Below, piece by piece: positions 1 through 9,480 of a stretch of 64,000 nucleotides of DNA. Location: contig CAYPIR010000003.1 in assembly GCA_964410905.1 (NCBI GenBank), positions 79,986 to 143,985 of the forward strand, written 5' to 3'. The DNA is from an uncultured bacterium. Lineage in GTDB: Bacteria > Omnitrophota > Omnitrophia > Omnitrophales > Aquincolibacteriaceae. How positions within the stretch are numbered: position 1 is the stretch's first letter; each line of letters starts with the position of its first letter. A program made the position numbers and the translations under genes. Under the pieces are notes generated by a model. The model saw nothing but the letters and a program-made list of their open reading frames with translations. It had not been told where the DNA came from and searched no databases.

Positions 1-907
1 TCATAGCAAGCGACAAAATTGTGGCGAGCGGATTTGCCAAATCTCGTCCAGCAATGTCTGGCGCCGAACCGTGAACGGGCTCATACATCGCCACCTTATC
101 GCCCACGGAAGCGGAGGGCAGCATGCCAATCGAGCCGGTAAGCATTGCCGACTCATCACTTAAAATATCGCCAAACAAATTGCTTGTCACAATTACATCA
201 AACTGTTTTGGATCGCGGATAAGCTGCATGGCGCAGTCGTCCACGTATCTGTGATTAAGTTCAACATCTGAATAATCTTTAGAAACCTCAATTACAACTT
301 TTCTCCATAGCTGGCTCACGTCAAGCACATTTGCTTTATCCACGGATGTAACTTTTTTGCGTCTCTTCCGCGCCATTTCAAATGCCATTTTTGCGATACG
401 GCGGACTTCCGATGTCGTATAAGCCATAGTATTAAATCCGCGTTCGTCGCCGTTTGGAAGTTTTTCTATTCCGCGAGGTAAACCAAAATAAACGCCGCTT
501 ACAAGTTCACGCAGAATTACAAAATCAAGCCCGCTCACTATTTCTTCTTTGATGGGCGAACGAGAAGCAAGCTGCGAAAAAATTCGGACAGGTCTTAGAT
601 TCGCGTAAGCGTTAAGTCCTTTGCGAAGTCCGAGCAGCCCTTTTTCCGGACGTTTATCGGACGGCAAATTATCCCATTTAGGACCGCCGACCGCGCCAAG
701 GAAAACCGCATCCGCCGATTTCGCTTTAGCCAAACTCTCCTCCGCAAGAGGCTCGCCGAAGGCATCTATTGACGCTCCGCCGGCAAGAAGCGTTTCCGTC
801 TCAAATTTCAGAGAAAAAACTTCTTCAACTTTCTTCAAAACCTTTAAAGCCTGCTCTGTAACTTCCACTCCAATCCCGTCTCCCGGGAAAACCGCTATTT
901 TGGGCAT
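1..907 (-). CDS. leuB: 3-isopropylmalate dehydrogenase, 3' end truncated by window edge
   Basis: Minus-strand translation from the ATG at 907 reads [19 protein letters not shown]...[15 protein letters not shown]..., and at the window edge ...[19 protein letters not shown]. These are classic LeuB/IDH-family motifs. The ORF is not in the track because it is open at position 1. Confidence 0.85.
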   Translation of the reverse strand, partial: MPKIAVFPGDGIGVEVTEQALKVLKKVEEVFSLKFETETLLAGGASIDAFGEPLAEESLAKAKSADAVFLGAVGGPKWDNLPSDKRPEKGLLGLRKGLNAYANLRPVRIFSQLASRSPIKEEIVSGLDFVILRELVSGVYFGLPRGIEKLPNGDERGFNTMAYTTSEVRRIAKMAFEMARKRRKKVTSVDKANVLDVSQLWRKVVIEVSKDYSDVELNHRYVDDCAMQLIRDPKQFDVIVTSNLFGDILSDESAMLTGSIGMLPSASVGDKVAMYEPVHGSAPDIAGRDLANPLATILSLAM

Positions 908-936
908 TGCTTCCTCTTTCTTTATTAAAATAATTG

Positions 937-2409
937 TTACTTTTTAATTGTTTCCAATGTCCGCCGTTTTACCGTTTTATAAAGTTCAATATATTTTTTT
1001 GCCGTCGCGTTCCATGAGAAATCGCGCTCCATCGCATTGCGAATTATCGATTGCCATAATTTTTTTTGCTTAAAAATTTTCACAGCTCGCAAAAGCGATT
1101 CGTGAAGCGCGTCGCTTGAATATTTTTCAAAAATAAATCCATTGCCCGTTTGTTGTTTGATGTCGAAATCTACAATTGTGTCAGCCAAGCTCCCCGCGGC
1201 ATGGACGATTGGAATAGTTCCATATCTAAGCCCTACAATTTGCCCAAGTCCGCAAGGTTCATAATATGAAGGAACAAGCAGCATATCGGCACCAGCATAA
1301 ATTTTTTTCGCCATTTTTGAATCAAAAACGATATGGATGCCAATGTTTTTTTTATTCTTTCTAGCGATATCGCGAAGCGCCTGATGATATTGATTTTCTC
1401 CGGTCCCAAGCAGCACAAATTGTATCTCTTCAGCTTCCGCCATTTGTCTAATAACAGGCATCAGAATATCCAAACCTTTTTGCTCCACAAGCCGCGACAC
1501 AAACCCCACAACAGGGATAGACTCATCTACCGAAAAATTATTTTCTTTTTGCAGCGCCACTTTATTCGTTTTTTTTTCCTCGATATTTTCTAAATCAAAA
1601 TTAGCATCAATATCAGTGTCTGTCGCGGGATCCCAATCTTTTGGATTAATTCCATTTACAATTCCAGTTACTGAATCTTTACGCGTCAGAAGAACACCTT
1701 CCATGCCACAGCCAAACTCTTTGGTCTGAATTTCACGGCTGTATCTTTCACTAACCGTAGTAACCTCATCCGCAAAAACAAGCCCGCCTTTTAAAAAACT
1801 AAATTTGCCATAGAACTCAAGCAGCTCAGGCTTATAAAGCTCCCAGCCAAGCCCCGTTGAAAGAAACGAGTCCGGCGGGAAAAGTCCTTGATATGCCAAG
1901 TTGTGAACTGTAAAAACCGTCCGAGCTTCCTTTAGCGGCGCGTATCCGCAATCGAAAACTTTCAGATATGTGGGTATAAGCCCCGTTTGCCAATCGTGGC
2001 AGTTTATAATATTCGGCGCAAGTTTAAGTTGTGATATTCCTTTTAATACCGCTAACTGAAAAAACACAAACCGCCTGTCATTATCGGGGTAGTCGTCGGT
2101 GGCCGTGCCATAAAGATTCTCCCGCATAAAATAATCAGGATGATCAACAAAATAAACCTTAACACCGTTTTCCGTCTCAGCCTTGAGGATCCGTGCTTGT
2201 TCTATTTTGCTTCCAACCGCAATCTCAAAATAATCTACAGCTACTTTGAGTTGATACTTTGAAATATCGACACAGCGATAGCGCGGAAGGAAAACGGAGA
2301 CTTCGTATCCTAGAGATTTAACAGCGTCGGCAAGAGAAGCAACAACATCGCCAAGTCCCCCTGTTTTGGCGAAGGGGGCCATTTCAGAACTAACAAATAC
2401 TATCTTCAA
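937..2409 (-). CDS. glgA: glycogen (starch) synthase, ADP-glucose type
   Basis: 490 aa. N-terminus [23 protein letters not shown]..., the GT5 glycogen synthase signature. Confidence 0.9.
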   Translation of the reverse strand: MKIVFVSSEMAPFAKTGGLGDVVASLADAVKSLGYEVSVFLPRYRCVDISKYQLKVAVDYFEIAVGSKIEQARILKAETENGVKVYFVDHPDYFMRENLYGTATDDYPDNDRRFVFFQLAVLKGISQLKLAPNIINCHDWQTGLIPTYLKVFDCGYAPLKEARTVFTVHNLAYQGLFPPDSFLSTGLGWELYKPELLEFYGKFSFLKGGLVFADEVTTVSERYSREIQTKEFGCGMEGVLLTRKDSVTGIVNGINPKDWDPATDTDIDANFDLENIEEKKTNKVALQKENNFSVDESIPVVGFVSRLVEQKGLDILMPVIRQMAEAEEIQFVLLGTGENQYHQALRDIARKNKKNIGIHIVFDSKMAKKIYAGADMLLVPSYYEPCGLGQIVGLRYGTIPIVHAAGSLADTIVDFDIKQQTGNGFIFEKYSSDALHESLLRAVKIFKQKKLWQSIIRNAMERDFSWNATAKKYIELYKTVKRRTLETIKK

Positions 2410-2419
2410 AACAAATAAA

Positions 2420-2749
2420 TTATTTTGCGACTTCTACTACGCAATTCCAACTGCCAAACGCATTAGGAACGCATTCAACAGGTTCTTGCGCGTTTTGCCA
2501 AACGCCATCGATAAGATAACGATATTGATAACGGCCCGGTTTTAATTTTAGAGCTGCTTTCCAATTTCCTGATCCGTCTTTTTTTAAAGGATTCTTACTA
2601 GCCTTCCAGTTATTGAAGCAACCGCCAAGCTCTACTTTTTGCGCAAGCGGCGCGTAGAATTTAAACTCAATGGCTTTGTTGCCGGAATTTTTAACCGCGG
2701 GTGCTTTTACAACGGTAACTTTTGTTTTTTCTTTTGTGATTTTCGCCAT
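2420..2749 (-). CDS. small stand-alone glycogen-binding (CBM48/AMPK-beta-like) domain protein
   Basis: 109 aa with conserved aromatic positions (W..W..Y.Y..DG.W) typical of CBM48 modules. Immediately upstream of glgA. Confidence 0.55.
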   Translation of the reverse strand: MAKITKEKTKVTVVKAPAVKNSGNKAIEFKFYAPLAQKVELGGCFNNWKASKNPLKKDGSGNWKAALKLKPGRYQYRYLIDGVWQNAQEPVECVPNAFGSWNCVVEVAK

Positions 2750-2829
2750 TTTGGGCTCCTTTTTGACTTGTTATTGAAATAAAATTTCTGTGGAGAAAGG
2801 ATTGCGGATTATATATCACAAAAAAAATC

Positions 2830-2857
2830 TTGCCAAGAGGCATCTCCTCCATATAAT
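2830..2857 (+). promoter_or_regulatory. sigma70-like promoter (TTGCCA-16-TATAAT) directly upstream of rpmB; would give a near-leaderless transcript
   Basis: TTGCCA at 2830-2835 and TATAAT at 2852-2857, with a 16-nt spacer. The rpmB ATG is at 2867. Confidence 0.35.
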
Positions 2858-2866
2858 ACGCCACTT

Positions 2867-3133
2867 ATGAAAACCTGCGCTATTTGTAAAAAGAAGCCCC
2901 TTACGGGCAATTCGATTAGCCGTCGCGGTCTCGCGAAAAAAACGGGTGGTATCGGTAAGAAAATTACAGGTATCATGCGTCGCCGCTTTTTCCCTAATCT
3001 TCAACGGGTAAAAGTGGTATTCCCGAACGGAACGGTTCGTCGCATCAGCGTTTGCGTAAGTTGTTTGAAGGCTGGGAAAGTTAAAAAAGCTCCTTCTCGC
3101 CGCTCCTACACCGCCGCCCCTGTTGCCGCGTAA
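2867..3133 (+). CDS. rpmB: 50S ribosomal protein L28
   Basis: 88 aa. MKTCAICKKKPLTGNSISRRG...RRFFPNLQ... matches the bL28 family pattern (C.ICGK..GN.VS...RRF.PNL). Confidence 0.85.
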   Translation: MKTCAICKKKPLTGNSISRRGLAKKTGGIGKKITGIMRRRFFPNLQRVKVVFPNGTVRRISVCVSCLKAGKVKKAPSRRSYTAAPVAA

Positions 3134-3193
3134 TTCGATTTAATTCTACTTATCTTTCCTTGATTTTTCACAGGGGGAAGGGATTGTGTCTAC

Positions 3194-3775
3194 TTAGACA
3201 GAAGCGTTAATTTTATTCATCGCTTGCGCTAATGGGCATTCACTCCACAACTTCACCGCCTCAGCGCCAGCATTGAAAACTTCCGCCATCTGCCTTTCTT
3301 CATCTTGAGAAAATTTTCCTAAGACATAATCCGCCAAATAAATCGGATCGCCAGATGCGGCTTTTGCCTCACCAATTCCTATCCTAAGTCTTGCGTATTC
3401 ACTTGTTCCAAGATGAGCCTCAATTGAGGCAAGTCCGTTATGTCCTCCTGAACTGCCCTCTCCGCGGAGACGCAATTTACCAAAAGGCAGCGCCACATCA
3501 TCAACTATTATTAGAAGATCCGTAGAAGGATTTATTTTCCAATATCTAACCGCATTCCCGACAGCTTCGCCAGATAAGTTCATAAAAGTAAGTGGAAAAC
3601 CTAATTTAGGGGCATTTTTGAAAGAAAGCTCGGCAAGAGAAATTTTGTGAGATTTTTTTTCAGAAAACACCGTGGAGTCTTTCTCAGCTATAAACTCCGC
3701 GAGCCGTTTTCCGATATTATGCCGAGTTTTTTTATAAATCTCGCCCGGATTGCCAAGCCCGATTATCAATTTCAT
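3194..3775 (-). CDS. pth: peptidyl-tRNA hydrolase
   Basis: 193 aa. MKLIIGLGNPGEIYKKTRHNIGKRL..., the Pth N-terminal signature. Confidence 0.9.
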   Translation of the reverse strand: MKLIIGLGNPGEIYKKTRHNIGKRLAEFIAEKDSTVFSEKKSHKISLAELSFKNAPKLGFPLTFMNLSGEAVGNAVRYWKINPSTDLLIIVDDVALPFGKLRLRGEGSSGGHNGLASIEAHLGTSEYARLRIGIGEAKAASGDPIYLADYVLGKFSQDEERQMAEVFNAGAEAVKLWSECPLAQAMNKINASV

Positions 3776-3839
3776 TTTGCAACCTCAGAAAAAATCCCAA
3801 GAGTCCGCAGCTTGCGAACCCTTGGGATTAAAGTTTTTC

Positions 3840-4523
3840 TTACTTTGCTTCTTTGGCAGGAGCATCTTTAGCAGGTGCTTCTTCGCCTTCTTTATCTTTC
3901 TTACCTTTTTCGATAACCTCAGGCTCTGCTGCCGCGCCTTCCGCCGGTTCTTCTTCGCGCGGAGGATGAATTGCGAACACGACTTCATCAGCATCCAACA
4001 AACTTGTTACGCCTTCCGGCAGCGCTAAGTCTTTCACGAGAATCGCGTCATTGATTTTCATCGGCTTGGTGTCAATTTCAATTTTCTCAGGGATCTGCGT
4101 AGGCAAACATTCCACATCAAGTTCGCGATGAACAAGGTCTTGCGTTCCGCCCTCTTTTACACCGACAGAGTCATCCGCGTTAATAATAATGACAGGAACT
4201 TTGACTTGAATTTTTTCCGTAAGTGAAACAATCATAAAATCGATGTGATCGATCTTATCAGAAATGGGATTGCGCTGAATCGCTTTAATACGACAAGTAG
4301 ATTCTTTTAAAGACGCGTCTTCAACTTGCAAAGTAAAAAGCACATTTACGCCGGCTTTTGTGCGAACAGCTTTAAGAAAATCTCTTTCAGAGACTTCAAC
4401 GGCAAGCGGCTCCATGCCATGCCCGTAAACAATAGCGGGCAACTGCTCGTTGCGTCTGACGGCGCGAGCTTTTCTCGTCCCGCCGACAACTCGTTTATTA
4501 GCTTTCAAATCATACATCTTCAT
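3840..4523 (-). CDS. rplY: 50S ribosomal protein L25 / general stress protein Ctc
   Basis: 227 aa with an L25/Ctc-like N-terminal domain and a Lys/Glu/Ala-rich C-terminal tail. Sits in the conserved pth-ctc-prs arrangement. Confidence 0.8.
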   Translation of the reverse strand: MKMYDLKANKRVVGGTRKARAVRRNEQLPAIVYGHGMEPLAVEVSERDFLKAVRTKAGVNVLFTLQVEDASLKESTCRIKAIQRNPISDKIDHIDFMIVSLTEKIQVKVPVIIINADDSVGVKEGGTQDLVHRELDVECLPTQIPEKIEIDTKPMKINDAILVKDLALPEGVTSLLDADEVVFAIHPPREEEPAEGAAAEPEVIEKGKKDKEGEEAPAKDAPAKEAK

Positions 4524-4638
4524 TTGGAAATTCCTCCATTATTTCTGTTTTATAAAGTTGCTCGAAAATTTTGATTGAGCCTTACGTAAATCAAATTTTT
4601 GCGGTTAAAACGGACGCACTTTCCCTCTTAAATCCCGT

Positions 4639-5625
4639 TTATGCCTCCACACCAGCGCTTGAAAAAAGACTGCTAATCGATACGTTGTAATGAATTCGGC
4701 AAATGGCTTCCGCCAAAAGTTCGGCTATAGACAACTGCTTGATCTTAGGAATTCGTTTTTCCGCCGTAAGCGGTATGCTGTTTGTAACTATCAATTCCTT
4801 GATGACAGAATGTTGCAGCCGTTCAATAGCGTTGTTCGCGAGTACAGGATGGACAATATTAGCATAAATGTCCAATGCTCCGACATTTTTAAGCGCTTTT
4901 GCGGCCTCAACAAGAGAACCTCCCGTTGAAATCATATCATCGATGATAATAACATTTTTATTCGCCACAGAACCAATTATGTGCATAACATGTGTTTTGG
5001 CGGCATTCTCACGGCGTTTGTCGACTATAGCCAAATCACAATTAAAAAGTTTCGCGTATCCACGAGCCATCTTAATTCCGCCTACATCAGGCGACACGAC
5101 TACGAGATCTTTTACTTTTTTCTTTTTAAAATATTCGCCCATCACTCTTATTGAGTAAAGATGATCAACGGGAATATCAAAGAATCCTTGTATTTGTCCC
5201 GCGTGAAGATCCATTGTAAGAACGCGATTCGCGCCAGCGCTCACGAGCAGATTAGCAACAAGTTTTGCGGTAATCGGAACGCGCGGTCTGTCTTTTCTGT
5301 CTTGACGCGCGTAGCCAAAAAATGGAATGACTGCCGTAATGCGTTTGGCGGAAGCGCGGCGCGCGGCATCTATCAAAATAAGCAATTCCATTAAATTTTC
5401 ATTTGTGGGAGCGCATGTTGGTTGAACAATAAAAACATCTTTCCCGCGGATATTGTCGCGAATTTGAACCTGAATTTCTCCTTCAGGGAATCGTCCTAAG
5501 AGAACATCGCCAAGCGAAACGCCTAAATGTTTAGCAATTTCTCGAGCAAGCTCAGGATGCGCTCCGCCAGCCAAAAGAATCATATTGCCATTTTGCCTTT
5601 TTTGTTTTACAGAATTTTTTTTCAT
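4639..5625 (-). CDS. prs: ribose-phosphate pyrophosphokinase
   Basis: ILLAGGAHPELAREIAKHLG...FFGYARQDRK... are PRPP synthetase motifs. The true start may be the internal Met at 5583. The ATG at 5625 overlaps the glmU stop as ATGA. Confidence 0.9.
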   Translation of the reverse strand: MKKNSVKQKRQNGNMILLAGGAHPELAREIAKHLGVSLGDVLLGRFPEGEIQVQIRDNIRGKDVFIVQPTCAPTNENLMELLILIDAARRASAKRITAVIPFFGYARQDRKDRPRVPITAKLVANLLVSAGANRVLTMDLHAGQIQGFFDIPVDHLYSIRVMGEYFKKKKVKDLVVVSPDVGGIKMARGYAKLFNCDLAIVDKRRENAAKTHVMHIIGSVANKNVIIIDDMISTGGSLVEAAKALKNVGALDIYANIVHPVLANNAIERLQHSVIKELIVTNSIPLTAEKRIPKIKQLSIAELLAEAICRIHYNVSISSLFSSAGVEA

Positions 5626-6878
5626 AATCTCTTATCCTTTTTCTTAGACGCTGAGCGAGCAGGAACGCCCACCAATACATCTCCTTTTTTAATCTTTAAA
5701 GACGGCAGCACAACTGAGCCCGCGCCTGTCCTAACATAATCTGGAATATTTGCCGGCGCGACAAAAACAGTATTTGAGCCGACAAAAACATTTTTCCCAA
5801 TCTTTGTCGCGTGTTTGTTTTTTCCATCGTAATTTGCCGTTATAGTTCCAGCGCCAAAGTTTGTCTCATCACCAACGATCGCGTCGCCTAAATAAGTCAA
5901 ATGTTTGACAGCAACTTTTTTCCCGATTTTGCTGCGGTTAATTTCAACAAAACTTCCTATTGTTGTTTCATCGGCGATATCGGTTTTTGAACGGATTTTC
6001 GCAAATGGTCCTATTGAGCAATTTTTTCCTATCAAAACATTTGATTCAATAAATGTCCAAGGATAAACCGTGGTACCTTGCCCAATTTTCACATTTGGCG
6101 ACACAAAGGTTTGACTCGGTGAAATAAAAAAAACACCGTTTTCTTGATGTTTTTCAATTTCTCTTATGTTTATTTCCGCGGCAACTCGCGACAAATCTTT
6201 CTGTGAATTAACGCCTTGCCCTTCACTCTCTTGAGCAAACGAAAAAGCTTCAACACAGTAGCCCGCCGAACGAATAATTTCTATAGTATCCGTCAAATAA
6301 TATTCTTTTTTCTTATTCTTTTGACCAAGTTTTGTCAGCGATTTCAAAAGCGTCTGAATATCAAAGAGATAAACTCCCGTATTAACTTCCCGTATTTCTC
6401 GCTCCGCTTCTGTCGCGTCTAATTCTTCTCGTATAGCAAAAAAATGTCCGTTCTCGCGGACTATTCGTCCATATTCAAAAGCATCTTGGCGCGTGCCGGA
6501 AAGAACGCTCGCGTGCGCTTTGGATTTTTTATGCTCCGCGATAAATTTTTTTATTGTTTCAGCGCTGATAAGCGGCATATCGCCGGGAAGAATAAGAATA
6601 TCGCCGCTGCCTTTTAAAAAACTCTTTGCTGATATAACGGCGTGTCCAGTTCCCTTTTGTTCGTGCTGCAGAACAAACGAGACCTCTTCTTGCTTCAAGT
6701 TTTCTTTTACAAGTTCAGCGCGATGCCCGACCACTACGCAAATATTTTTTATCTCAACTTGTTTAAGCGTTTCAAGAATATAACCTATTAGAGATTTTCC
6801 AAAAACGCGATGAAGCACTTTAGGCAAATCCGAACGCATCCGCGTTCCTTTTCCCGCCGCAAGAATGATAGCCTTCAT
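5622..6878 (-). CDS. glmU: bifunctional UDP-N-acetylglucosamine pyrophosphorylase / glucosamine-1-phosphate N-acetyltransferase
   Basis: 418 aa. MKAIILAAGKGTRMRSDLPKVLH... followed by a C-terminal hexapeptide-repeat region. Ends with a TGA stop. Confidence 0.9.
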   Translation of the reverse strand: MKAIILAAGKGTRMRSDLPKVLHRVFGKSLIGYILETLKQVEIKNICVVVGHRAELVKENLKQEEVSFVLQHEQKGTGHAVISAKSFLKGSGDILILPGDMPLISAETIKKFIAEHKKSKAHASVLSGTRQDAFEYGRIVRENGHFFAIREELDATEAEREIREVNTGVYLFDIQTLLKSLTKLGQKNKKKEYYLTDTIEIIRSAGYCVEAFSFAQESEGQGVNSQKDLSRVAAEINIREIEKHQENGVFFISPSQTFVSPNVKIGQGTTVYPWTFIESNVLIGKNCSIGPFAKIRSKTDIADETTIGSFVEINRSKIGKKVAVKHLTYLGDAIVGDETNFGAGTITANYDGKNKHATKIGKNVFVGSNTVFVAPANIPDYVRTGAGSVVLPSLKIKKGDVLVGVPARSASKKKDKRL

Positions 6879-7861
6879 TAGCCTTTTATCCCCGTCAGTT
6901 TAATACCTTCAACAAAAAATCTCTGATTAAATAAAAATACCAGTAGTATTGGGAAAATCATCATCATTGAAGCCGCCATTAAAAGAGTCCAATCTGTTCC
7001 GTGAATGCCTTGGAAATACGCCAATCCCACCGGTAGCGGATATTTCGTGTGCGTATTTACCACGATAAGCGGCCACATCAAATTCATCCACGAACCCATA
7101 AACGTAAAGGTCGTCAAAGTCGCAAGCGCCGGCTTTGAAAGAGGCAAAATTATGTGCCAGAAAATTCGCAAATATGAACAGCCGTCAATCTTGGCGGCAT
7201 CTTCCAATTCTTTAGGCAAAGTCAAAAAAAACTGTCGAAGCATAAATGTTCCATAAGCCGAAAAAATTCCCGGCAAAATCATCGCTTTATATGTATCAAT
7301 CCAGCCCATAGTCCTTAGCAAAATAAACACAGGAATCATCGTTACGGCGCCCGGTATCATCATAGTCGCGAGATAACCGAAAAATAATTTATCACGTCCG
7401 GGAAACTCAAGACGAGAAAACGCGTAAGCCGCCATCGCGCTCGTGATGACTTGCCCGGCGGTGATACAAACACTTATAAAAATTGAATTTAGATAAAATT
7501 TAGCAAATGGAACAACTGACCAAACTTTGACATAATTTTGCCAAACAAAAGTTGTCGGAAGCCATTCTTGCCACCACGCGCGCGTATCGGAAAAAATCTG
7601 CCCGGATTCTGAAAGCGATGTTGAAACCATCCACAAAAACGGCGCGGCCATACTGATCGCGCCAACAAGCAAAGCCATAAAAATAAGCCCACGCTGCAAA
7701 CGTCTCGCGAAAGAATATCGTTCGTCTTTATATTGCGATGTTTTTGCCGCTTTGTTTTTTTTCGCGCCGGAAAATATCAACTCTTGTTTCATTTCTTCGC
7801 GAATCAACGCTTCAATATGACTTCCCATATATTCCTCAGGTGTAATGAACTTCTTTACCAA
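6878..7861 (-). CDS. carbohydrate ABC transporter permease (MalG/UgpE-like)
   Basis: 327 aa, multi-TM, with the EAA-like motif ...DAAKIDGCSYLRIFWHIILPLSKPAL... Confidence 0.8.
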   Translation of the reverse strand: MVKKFITPEEYMGSHIEALIREEMKQELIFSGAKKNKAAKTSQYKDERYSFARRLQRGLIFMALLVGAISMAAPFLWMVSTSLSESGQIFSDTRAWWQEWLPTTFVWQNYVKVWSVVPFAKFYLNSIFISVCITAGQVITSAMAAYAFSRLEFPGRDKLFFGYLATMMIPGAVTMIPVFILLRTMGWIDTYKAMILPGIFSAYGTFMLRQFFLTLPKELEDAAKIDGCSYLRIFWHIILPLSKPALATLTTFTFMGSWMNLMWPLIVVNTHTKYPLPVGLAYFQGIHGTDWTLLMAASMMMIFPILLVFLFNQRFFVEGIKLTGIKG

Positions 7862-8747
7862 AGAAACGCCATTTTATGACTGTTACAACAAAAATAATCA
7901 AAAACAAAACCCACGAAATTGCCGCGGCATATCCCATTCGATACCACTCGAAAGCATTATTGAAAATATAATAAATAATAGTCGTGGTGGAGCCGTTTGG
8001 ACCTCCGCCAGTCATAATATACGCTTGGTCAAAACCCGCTTGAAATCCGCCTATCAAACTCATGGTAGCAATAAAAAATGTTGTCGGAGAAATTTGCGGC
8101 CAAGTTACATTCCAAAACTTTTGCCAAGAGTTAGCGCCATCAACCTCCGCGGCATCATACAAATCGCGGGGAACGCCTTGAAGCGCCGCGAGATAGAGAA
8201 TCATATTGTAGCCGCCTATTGACTGCCACACGCTCATAATAATAAACGCTGGTTTCGCCCACGCTTCGTCAGTAAGCCAATTGGGTCCAGAAATTCTTAA
8301 GCCTAAAAAATCGCCAAAATGCGCTATCGCTCCGTTCAGCAATCCAAAGTTCGGATTGTAAATAAGTCTCCACAACATAAAAATCGCCACGCCCGAACAA
8401 ATTGTCGGAAGAAAATAAACCGTTCTAAAAATAACAGTTCCTTTTAATTTTTGATTAAGCGCTATCGCCAAAAGAAGCGATCCCGCCATGCTGATAGGGA
8501 TAGCCGCCATCAAAACAAGTGTATTCAGACAATATTTTCCAAAGAACGGATCTTTTGCTAATTCCAAAAAATTTGCCAGTCCAACAAATTTTGGACTATC
8601 GGAGAGGAGATCCCATTGAACAAAACTTAGCCCCATAGACGCTAAAACAGGAATAGACGTAAAGAGAAGAAAGCCTAGCAGATTTGGTAAAAGAAATCCG
8701 TAAGCGGCTAGCGTTTCTTTTGTTTTATCCGTAAGACATTTTTTCAT
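7836..8747 (-). CDS. carbohydrate ABC transporter permease (MalF/UgpA-like)
   Basis: 303 aa, multi-TM, with ...AAEVDGANSWQKFWNVTWPQISPTT... Confidence 0.8.
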   Translation of the reverse strand: MKKCLTDKTKETLAAYGFLLPNLLGFLLFTSIPVLASMGLSFVQWDLLSDSPKFVGLANFLELAKDPFFGKYCLNTLVLMAAIPISMAGSLLLAIALNQKLKGTVIFRTVYFLPTICSGVAIFMLWRLIYNPNFGLLNGAIAHFGDFLGLRISGPNWLTDEAWAKPAFIIMSVWQSIGGYNMILYLAALQGVPRDLYDAAEVDGANSWQKFWNVTWPQISPTTFFIATMSLIGGFQAGFDQAYIMTGGGPNGSTTTIIYYIFNNAFEWYRMGYAAAISWVLFLIIFVVTVIKWRFFGKEVHYT

Positions 8748-8748
8748 A

Positions 8749-8988
8749 CTAGCCTTTATATCCCAGCTCTGCAGCTTTAGCTTTCTTAAACCATTTAGCT
8801 GCTTCGACGTAATCTTGTTTTACACCTTGTCCTTTACCATACATAACTCCAAGATTATATTGAGCTTCCGCACCATCTTGCTCGGCAAGAGTTTTTGTGT
8901 CTGAATATGTGTTCGCAAAAACGTTTGCGCAAACGGATAGCACGAAAAACATGATCGATGTGATAAAAATTGTTTTGAATTTATTCAT
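8749..8988 (-). CDS. small secreted Sel1-repeat protein
   Basis: 79 aa. N-terminal signal peptide followed by a Sel1-like repeat (AEAQYNLGVMYGKGQGVKQDYVEAAKWFKKAA). Confidence 0.5.
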   Translation of the reverse strand: MNKFKTIFITSIMFFVLSVCANVFANTYSDTKTLAEQDGAEAQYNLGVMYGKGQGVKQDYVEAAKWFKKAKAAELGYKG

Positions 8989-9017
8989 ACTTTGTTTCTA
9001 CTAATTGCAGCGAAGAG

Positions 9018-9088
9018 CTGCCCGACCTGGGCTCGAACCAGGAATCTTGCCTCCAAAGGGCAGTGTGATACCATTTCACCATCGGGCA
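9018..9088 (-). tRNA. tRNA-Gln (anticodon UUG)
   Basis: The cloverleaf was folded by hand: 7-bp acceptor stem (TGCCCGA/TCGGGCA), D-stem GTGA/TCAC, T-arm CCTGG-TTCGAGC-CCAGG, anticodon loop CTTTGGA. U1:A72 and G73 are tRNA-Gln identity elements. Confidence 0.7.
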
Positions 9089-9121
9089 GTATTTCTTACA
9101 AAACCAACTTGTCAAAAATCC

Positions 9122-9430
9122 TTATCGTTCAAATGGATCTTCCGCGCTAAGCTCCTGCGTAACAGGCTGATGCTCTATAAAAAGTTCATAAGCGCGCAAA
9201 ACTTCCTGTTGAACATAATCCTTAAACTCATTCGTAAGAGGATGCGCCACATCTCTGTAGTCATCGCCTTTCACTTTACGCGACGGCATTACAACAAAAA
9301 GACCTTTTGAACCATCTAAAATTTTCAAACCTCTGACAACAAAACATTGATCAAAAACAATATTGGCAAAAGCTAAAAGCTTACTGTCTCTGTGCGTTTT
9401 TGGGAAAATGCGAACTTCTGTAATCTTCAC
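9122..9430 (-). CDS. spoVG: septation protein SpoVG
   Basis: 102 aa. MKITEVRIFPK...KLLAFANIVFDQCFVVRGLKILDGSKGLFVVMPSRK...DVAHPL, a canonical SpoVG. Confidence 0.85.
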   Translation of the reverse strand: MKITEVRIFPKTHRDSKLLAFANIVFDQCFVVRGLKILDGSKGLFVVMPSRKVKGDDYRDVAHPLTNEFKDYVQQEVLRAYELFIEHQPVTQELSAEDPFER

Positions 9431-9480
9431 TTTAGATATACTCCATACAGGTTTAAATTCATAAACAAAACATCATTCAC

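Noticed and set aside
621-947. 108-aa plus-strand ORF
   Set aside because: Lies antisense inside the well-supported leuB coding region and has low-complexity, proline/serine-rich composition. Spurious.
1233-1593. Overlapping 61-aa and 86-aa ORFs within glgA
   Set aside because: Embedded in, or antisense to, a strongly supported gene. Typical AT-rich spurious ORFs, as are many other short antisense track entries (for example 3647..3871, 4690..4929, 10325..10818).
5622-5625. Host using an alternative genetic code (UGA sense), prompted by the in-frame TGA in the IS fragment
   Set aside because: glmU ends in TGA at the expected C-terminus with prs starting in the ATGA overlap. Island genes also end in TGA or TAG. 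Full-length housekeeping proteins are consistent with the standard code.
9005-9310. 101-aa plus-strand ORF
   Set aside because: Overlaps tRNA-Gln and the antisense strand of spoVG. Spurious.
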